DNA of 64,000 bases from Tenericutes bacterium HGW-Tenericutes-1 (GTDB taxonomy: Bacteria; Bacillota_I; Bacilli_A; Izemoplasmatales; Hujiaoplasmataceae), in the NCBI GenBank assembly GCA_002839155.1, contig PGXM01000002.1:57586-121585 (forward strand), in the 5' to 3' direction. Position numbers and translations under genes: made by a program. Below, one piece after another: positions 58,998 to 64,000 of the stretch. The notes under the pieces are model-generated. The model was not told where the DNA came from. It did not search any database and saw only the letters and a program-made list of their open reading frames with translations. Numbering within the stretch: position 1 is the stretch's first letter; every line of letters begins with the position of its first letter.

Positions 58998-59026
58998 ATT
59001 ATATCTCAATTTGATACAACGAACAA
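58998..59026 (-). promoter_or_regulatory. candidate sigma-A promoter of the ribD/ribBA-like pair
   Basis: Minus-strand TTGTTC (59026-59021), 17-nt spacer, TATAAT (59003-58998). This leaves only a ~20-nt leader to the ATG. Confidence 0.5.
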
Positions 59027-59084
59027 ATAGGACGCTCATACAATAAATTATAGTAACACTGATAGATTGATACATCAATAACTT

Positions 59085-59120
59085 AGAGAAAAAAACAATC
59101 CAAAAAAAACCGGATTGTTT
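59085..59120 (-). terminator. intrinsic terminator after the histidine kinase gene
   Basis: AAACAATCC (59093-59101) pairs with GGATTGTTT (59112-59120), followed by a U-run on the minus strand. Confidence 0.7.
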
Positions 59121-59129
59121 AGTATATTA

Positions 59130-60371
59130 TTAAAACTCTAGTGTCACAGTGCTACCACTGCCTAATGTACTTTCAATTCGAATACATCCATGATATTTAT
59201 GCATGATGTCTTTGACAATTTGAAGCCCTATTCCGCTGCCTTTTTGATGAAATTTAATAGAATCTTCGTTCCGATAAGGCCCAACATTTAACTTATCAAT
59301 CGTATCTTGACTCATTCCGATACCTTGGTCTTGAACCGAGATTGTTTTGTTTTTCGCATTGATACTTACCTTGATAATTGTTTTAGAATTTGAATAATAA
59401 AATGCATTAAAAGTTAAGTGTTCAATTAATCTTACAACATCAGCAGAAGCAATTTGAAGTTCGAAATCCTCTAAATCATATTCTAATTCAATAGATTTGG
59501 TCTTGAAAACAGATGTTAATTTTTCTAAATGATTCTTGATAATAGGCGTTATATTTTGTTTGATCGCGAGTTGATTTAATTCAGTTGCGATGAATTGTGG
59601 AACGAGTTTTTCTATTTCTAGTATTTCTTCAAGTAGCACGTTTTCTATTTCTTGATTATATTCTAACCGCTTGGATTGCATCCCTTCAATATAAGCCTTC
59701 ATAACTGTTAAGGGTGTTTTTATATCATGCGCTAAGACTTTAACGTAATGACTTTGGATGGCTTTTAGTTCCATTTCAGTATTTAAAGCTTTAATATATC
59801 TTTCATTGACGGATTCAATGTCAGAAAAGGTAAAAGTATTATCTTCACTTCCGACGCTATCCATGTCATGTTTTAAGAGAGAGTATTGTTTATCGAGATG
59901 ATTTTTTAAAATCCATAAGCCAACAAAGAAAAGTATTAAAGTCAATCCGTTATAAATAATCAAACCAAATGAAATATCTTGTCCAAAAAATGAAGATTGA
60001 TTATCGATTGTCACTTTACCTAAGTATTGTTGATCCGAGTCATATAGCGAGATTGATTGAACTGAAATAGGTGCATCATCGCTTTCAAACAATAATTCAT
60101 TGAATTCATTCCAAAAGGCGATTCTCACACCATGTGTATGATCATAATGTTCGAGATAAACTAATGTAGTCTCGGTATTTTCCATTGATAACAAATGACT
60201 TACCATGGCGACAAAAGCACTGTTTTGACGATTTACTTCTCGATCAAATTGGACTTTCGCAATAATATAAAAGCCTAGATTTCCTATTATAATCATAATC
60301 GCAAAAAGAATGGCAAAAAAACGCACCATTTTTTGTTTAAAAAAATCTTTAAAGTTCATCATCATGTTCAC
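59130..60371 (-). CDS. sensor histidine kinase
   Basis: 413 aa with 2 TM helices. H-box LAHDIKTPLT, G-boxes DQGIGM and GSGIGL. Overlaps the response regulator gene by 23 nt; the true start may be one of the later Met codons. Confidence 0.85.
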   Translation of the reverse strand: MNMMMNFKDFFKQKMVRFFAILFAIMIIIGNLGFYIIAKVQFDREVNRQNSAFVAMVSHLLSMENTETTLVYLEHYDHTHGVRIAFWNEFNELLFESDDAPISVQSISLYDSDQQYLGKVTIDNQSSFFGQDISFGLIIYNGLTLILFFVGLWILKNHLDKQYSLLKHDMDSVGSEDNTFTFSDIESVNERYIKALNTEMELKAIQSHYVKVLAHDIKTPLTVMKAYIEGMQSKRLEYNQEIENVLLEEILEIEKLVPQFIATELNQLAIKQNITPIIKNHLEKLTSVFKTKSIELEYDLEDFELQIASADVVRLIEHLTFNAFYYSNSKTIIKVSINAKNKTISVQDQGIGMSQDTIDKLNVGPYRNEDSIKFHQKGSGIGLQIVKDIMHKYHGCIRIESTLGSGSTVTLEF

Positions 60372-61047
60372 CTATGAACTGATATCCTAATCCATAAACT
60401 GTTTTTATAAAGGAAGGATTTACCGCATCATCACTCAGTTTTTTTCGAATATTTTTTATATAAACATCAATGATACGGTCAAATGCTTCACTTTCAGAAA
60501 AACAAGATTCAATTAATTGATCTCTAGATAAAGTTCTAAATCGATTTGATATCAGTTGCCATAAAATATTATACTCATAATGAGTTAGTTCAATCAGTTT
60601 TCCATCAATCCACACATCATTTTCTAGCGGTTGAATTTTTAGTTTCCCATGATTATATGATTGAATAATAGGAACATGTGATACTATTCTTTTTTCAAGG
60701 TTTTTGAGTTTTGCCATCACTTCTTCAACGGAAAATGGTTTTGTGATATAGTCATCTGCACCAATCGAAAACACATCGAGTTTTTCATGAATATCAATTT
60801 TTGCTGAAATGACAATGATATATATATCACTGACTTTGCGAATTTGAGTGATTAAGTCTTCTCCTTGCATATCAGGCAACATTAAATCTGTGATGATGAC
60901 ATCAAATCCTTGATTAGTTAATTGTTTGATAGCATCTTCTGCATTTAACACTTGAACAACGTGGTGTCCATCTTGCCTTGCAAACTGAGTTAATAATTGA
61001 TTAATATGTCGATTATCCTCTACAATTAATAATTTCAAATGAATCAC
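60349..61047 (-). CDS. OmpR family response regulator
   Basis: 232 aa. Receiver domain (LIVEDN, ITDLMLPDMQG) plus a winged-helix C-terminus (VYGLGYQF). Confidence 0.9.
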   Translation of the reverse strand: MIHLKLLIVEDNRHINQLLTQFARQDGHHVVQVLNAEDAIKQLTNQGFDVIITDLMLPDMQGEDLITQIRKVSDIYIIVISAKIDIHEKLDVFSIGADDYITKPFSVEEVMAKLKNLEKRIVSHVPIIQSYNHGKLKIQPLENDVWIDGKLIELTHYEYNILWQLISNRFRTLSRDQLIESCFSESEAFDRIIDVYIKNIRKKLSDDAVNPSFIKTVYGLGYQFIGEHDDEL

Positions 61048-61096
61048 CTCACACTATCATTATATGATTATAAGTTGAAAAAAAGAAGGATTATGA

Positions 61097-61339
61097 TTAA
61101 TCCTCCAATTTTTCAATGTAACTCGAAAGCTTCATAACCCCATATCCGGTTTTTTCAATCGCTTTGAGGTAAGTAATTTCATCCTCAATTTCACCTTTGA
61201 AATAGAAACTCCCGATTGTTGAGTAAAAATCATATTCAAACTTTTCCGCATCTAGAATGGTCAATATACGATCAATACTATTTAAACAGCCAGCACAACG
61301 AATACCAGTTAGTTTGACGACTAATCGAACTTTATTCAT
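61097..61339 (-). CDS. heavy-metal-associated (HMA) domain protein, CopZ-like
   Basis: 80 aa. GIRCAGC (CxxC) at the canonical HMA loop position, with the length of a beta-alpha-beta-beta-alpha-beta fold. Confidence 0.75.
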   Translation of the reverse strand: MNKVRLVVKLTGIRCAGCLNSIDRILTILDAEKFEYDFYSTIGSFYFKGEIEDEITYLKAIEKTGYGVMKLSSYIEKLED

Positions 61340-61893
61340 GATTGTACCAGCAATAAATCAGTCAAACACGTGAAAGAATCATCAAACGTTTGAATCGACT
61401 TCGTTACACTCCATTGACCGTAAGTAATATAAATCGTTCCCTGAATGTCTCTAGGCAACCACACTCCTACAAACCCATTATCATGTGAAATGAGTGTATC
61501 GTCCACAAGTACATTCCCTATTTGATCAACGATAAGTATATCAAATGATTGATTTTTTAGTTCCCCTCTACATGTCACTAAGTTATGTGTCCCACAAGGA
61601 TGGGTTTTAGTGATATACGGTGCGAATGATAAGTAAAATAAGTCATCGGGTATCGAATATTTTAATACTGAGTCTTCAGTAGAAATCGTTAACTCAGTGG
61701 CTGAAATACTAGCGACCATTTCGTCACGATCAATGGTTTGTGCTTCTAACGAGTCAACCATTTCAGTTACTGATAAACCAAGTAAATCATACTCAGACAA
61801 GATTTTATTAGAATTATTTTTTAAGAAATATGTTAATAAACTACCAATGATAACGATTAGCGCGATTGGAATAATGACTTTTTTCATCGCCAC
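61336..61893 (-). CDS. CueP-like metal-binding protein, membrane-anchored
   Basis: 185 aa with an N-terminal TM anchor. FYLSFAPYITKTHPCGTHNLVTCRGEL and NGFVGVWLPRD match my recollection of the conserved CueP core. Confidence 0.6.
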   Translation of the reverse strand: MAMKKVIIPIALIVIIGSLLTYFLKNNSNKILSEYDLLGLSVTEMVDSLEAQTIDRDEMVASISATELTISTEDSVLKYSIPDDLFYLSFAPYITKTHPCGTHNLVTCRGELKNQSFDILIVDQIGNVLVDDTLISHDNGFVGVWLPRDIQGTIYITYGQWSVTKSIQTFDDSFTCLTDLLLVQS

Positions 61894-62267
61894 GATCCAA
61901 TCACAAATTCATTATCTTCAATATAAGTCACTAATTCTTCTTTCAAATTATCAATGGCATCAAGACGTTCTTCCTCGGTCATCGAACCTAAATCAATTTC
62001 AAGTAAAAGTTCAATATACTTTGCATCCACTAAATCTTGATCTTCTTCATTTAAATGAGCATAAATCCACTCATAACTTGTCGTATCGATTCGGTTATAA
62101 TGACAACGAGCATAAGTAGGATATGTTTCTGTCAATGCTAATTCATTGGCAGATTGTGGAAAATTAAACGGCTGTGCAGTCAGTGAACTTGAACTTAATC
62201 TTATACCAACACCGAACATAACAGCGCCAAAGCCTAACAGTAATGCAATTATTCCAAATTTTTTCAT
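61884..62267 (-). CDS. membrane-anchored acidic protein, unknown function
   Basis: 127 aa. N-terminal TM helix, then an Asp/Glu-rich helical domain. Overlaps both neighbouring genes. Confidence 0.45.
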   Translation of the reverse strand: MKKFGIIALLLGFGAVMFGVGIRLSSSSLTAQPFNFPQSANELALTETYPTYARCHYNRIDTTSYEWIYAHLNEEDQDLVDAKYIELLLEIDLGSMTEEERLDAIDNLKEELVTYIEDNEFVIGSWR

Positions 62268-62614
62268 TCTTGATTCTCCTTTATTTTTTGATAGATTGAT
62301 TCATATTCTTCAATCGATATTTCTCCGCATGCAAGACGGTTTTTTAATTGTGATAACGACGTTTCTTTAATGTTATTTCTACGGTTATCAAATACAGCCA
62401 ATACAATATAAATACATGAAATCCAAACTAAAATCATTAATATCATTCCAAACGGCATCATCCATCCACTCATCATATGATATTGTAAATAAGGATAGTA
62501 ATCCTGGGTAAAATATGGCATAGCGAACCATACAACCATTACAATTAAAAAAATGCTTGTTACTAAAACCAGTCTTTTTGTATTCTTTCTTTTCACATTC
62601 ATCACCGCCAGCAC
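62264..62614 (-). CDS. SHOCT domain membrane protein with Met-rich segment
   Basis: 116 aa with 2 TM helices. HMMSGWMMPFGM segment. C-terminal LKNRLACGEISIEEYESIYQKI is a SHOCT motif. The caller start is GTG at 62614, with an alternative ATG at 62602. Confidence 0.65.
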   Translation of the reverse strand: MLAVMNVKRKNTKRLVLVTSIFLIVMVVWFAMPYFTQDYYPYLQYHMMSGWMMPFGMILMILVWISCIYIVLAVFDNRRNNIKETSLSQLKNRLACGEISIEEYESIYQKIKENQE

Positions 62615-62648
62615 GATTATATAATATAAATGTGAATCAATTATGAAT

Positions 62649-62680
62649 CAAAAAAACACTCTCCAATATTTGGAAAGTGT
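62649..62680 (-). terminator. intrinsic terminator after the glutathione peroxidase gene
   Basis: Minus-strand ACACUUUCC-AAAUAUU-GGAGAGUGU followed by U7. Confidence 0.7.
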
Positions 62681-62698
62681 TCAATGCTTCGAAACTTT

Positions 62699-63211
62699 TT
62701 ATAAAAGTGATTTGATGTCCTCAATTAATTGATCGGGAGTCACAGTAGGAGAGAAACGTTTAATGACATTCCCATTTTTATCTATGAGAAATTTCGTAAA
62801 GTTCCATTCAATTTTTGAACCGAAAAAGATTTTTTTAATCAATCCCTTGCCTTTAACTGGTTCAGATAAGGGTTTTTCTTTTCGTAAATAAACATAAAGC
62901 GGATCTGCGTTTTTTCCATTAACAGCTATTTTGCCAAATGTTTTAAATGTCACACCATAGTTTAGTTGACAAAATTCAACGATCTCTTTATTAGTTCCTG
63001 GTGCTTGATTGAGGAACTGATTACAAGGAAAATCAAGAATTTCTAGCCCTTGAGGCTTTAATTCTTGATACAATTTCTCAAGTCCTTCATATTGGGGAGT
63101 AAACCCACATCCTGTAGCCGTATTGACAATCAATAAGACTTTTCCTAAATATTGTTTCAACTCAACTTTATTACCTTGAGAATCTAAAACATTAAAATCA
63201 TATACGTTCAT
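62699..63211 (-). CDS. glutathione peroxidase (Cys type)
   Basis: About 170 aa. [23 protein letters not shown] and WNFTKFL catalytic-tetrad motifs. ATG at 63211 sits behind GGAGG. Confidence 0.9.
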   Translation of the reverse strand: MNVYDFNVLDSQGNKVELKQYLGKVLLIVNTATGCGFTPQYEGLEKLYQELKPQGLEILDFPCNQFLNQAPGTNKEIVEFCQLNYGVTFKTFGKIAVNGKNADPLYVYLRKEKPLSEPVKGKGLIKKIFFGSKIEWNFTKFLIDKNGNVIKRFSPTVTPDQLIEDIKSLL

Positions 63212-63348
63212 AGATACCTCCAAATTATGAATATCTAATTTAATTGTATACTTTTAAAATGAATTGTCAAAGTATTCGCTTGGATTTTGAATGCGTGTTT
63301 CTTGAAAAATCATCATCACTAATGATATAATCTAAAAAGGTGATATTT

Positions 63349-63735
63349 ATGAAAAAATTAGTTTTGATTTTATTTCTTCTCATTGCACTAGTTTCGTGCG
63401 CTGAAGCAACGACTGTTGAACAAAACGATCCTGTTTTAATTTCTGCGACAACCGGTAAAACCATGATGGATGATAATCCAGAAATTATCCTCGTTGACGT
63501 TAGAACGCAAAGTGAGTTTGATGAAGGTCACATCGAAGGTGCAATTCTATTACCGCTGGATACGCTATCTTCAAACGCACAAAAAGTGTTAAAAGATAAA
63601 TCCGCCATCATCATCGTCTATTGTCGCAGTGGAAACCGTAGTGCTACTGCCGTTGATTTATTATACGATTTAGGTTATGCAAACCTCTATGATATGGGTG
63701 GAATCATTTATTGGCCTTATGGCATCGTTAACTAA
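63349..63735 (+). CDS. rhodanese-like domain lipoprotein
   Basis: About 128 aa. Lipobox LVSC, active-site loop YCRSGNRS. ATG at 63349 lies behind AAAGGTGA; the caller GTG at 63340 is rejected. Confidence 0.85.
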   Translation: MKKLVLILFLLIALVSCAEATTVEQNDPVLISATTGKTMMDDNPEIILVDVRTQSEFDEGHIEGAILLPLDTLSSNAQKVLKDKSAIIIVYCRSGNRSATAVDLLYDLGYANLYDMGGIIYWPYGIVN

Positions 63736-63742
63736 TAATATC

Positions 63743-63770
63743 AAGACTCAAGTCAATTTGAGTCTTTTTT
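63743..63770 (+). terminator. intrinsic terminator after the rhodanese gene
   Basis: AAGACTCA (63743-63750) pairs with TGAGTCTT (63759-63766), followed by TTTT. Confidence 0.75.
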
Positions 63771-63844
63771 CATTAACTGATCCGCGTAAAAATTGACAAT
63801 ATAGAATTCATCAGTTATACTATAGAAAATTCATGGAGGGCAAT

Positions 63845-64000
63845 ATGATTACGACAATTTTATTTGATTTAGATGGCACCTTATTACCACTCAATGACAA
63901 TGAATTCTTAAGACTGTATTTTGGCTTAATGACCAAGTATTTTAATGAACTAGGTTATGATGGTAACGCTATAACAAAAGCTGTTTTAGAAGGCACTGAA
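63845..64000 (+). CDS. HAD family hydrolase, N-terminal fragment (truncated by window end)
   Basis: MITTILFDLDGTLLP carries HAD motif I (DxDGT). SD GGAGGG. The frame is open to the window edge. Confidence 0.7.
   Translation, partial: MITTILFDLDGTLLPLNDNEFLRLYFGLMTKYFNELGYDGNAITKAVLEGTE

Noticed and set aside
58975-59129. Expected FMN riboswitch upstream of the ribD-like gene
   Set aside because: The spacer is only 155 nt. A terminator for the upstream kinase gene and a promoter occupy most of it, leaving a ~20-nt leader. None of the conserved FMN-element segments are visible.
1-64000. Alternative genetic code (TGA = Trp, as in many Mollicutes), considered because of the low G+C content
   Set aside because: TGA terminates well-defined genes at positions coupled to downstream starts (for example ATGA at 36025-36028 and 19136-19139). 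Conserved Trp positions (WYKNNG repeats, HHERWDG) use TGG, and all long ORFs are intact under the standard code.
1-64000. CRISPR arrays, IS elements, prophage, toxin-antitoxin or known defence-system genes
   Set aside because: Reading through the window and the ORF track, I found no regularly spaced short direct repeats, transposase/integrase-like ORFs, or nuclease/helicase/ATPase defence signatures. An exhaustive computational repeat search was not possible.

Overview
AT-rich, low-GC Firmicutes/Mollicutes-like chromosomal segment read with the standard genetic code (TGA is used as a stop, Trp is TGG). About 57 CDS and one tRNA, and more than 90% of the genes lie on the minus strand. I saw no CRISPR array, transposase, integrase or rRNA by eye. 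The dominant element is an 18-gene, ~19.7 kb, tightly coupled minus-strand operon (18144-37835). It combines two complete xanthine-dehydrogenase-family molybdenum hydroxylases, MocA-like and XdhC-like maturation factors, adenine deaminase, SsnA-like and hydantoinase-like amidohydrolases, a PreA-like flavo/Fe-S protein, two fold-type-II PLP enzymes, and YgeY-like and YgeW-like proteins. This is an anaerobic purine/urate-catabolism neighbourhood of the selenium-dependent Mo-hydroxylase type, but with an unusual gene complement, and I rank it as the best candidate for undescribed biochemistry. Secondary items: a RibD/RibBA-like pair in which one half-domain of each protein has lost its catalytic residues; a six-gene metal (probably copper) operon (SHOCT membrane protein, unknown, CueP-like, HMA, response regulator, histidine kinase); and a 1118-aa surface protein with 14 FG-GAP repeats (7+7), translationally coupled to a repeat-containing membrane protein. 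Also present: two GGDEF+HD-GYP c-di-GMP enzymes (one co-transcribed with a DUF438/PAS protein), an oppBCDFA operon, LemA/DUF2207, flotillin/YqiJ-like, a MATE pump, glutathione peroxidase, a rhodanese lipoprotein and tRNA-Ala(GGC). All product calls rest on motif recognition by eye; no database search was run.
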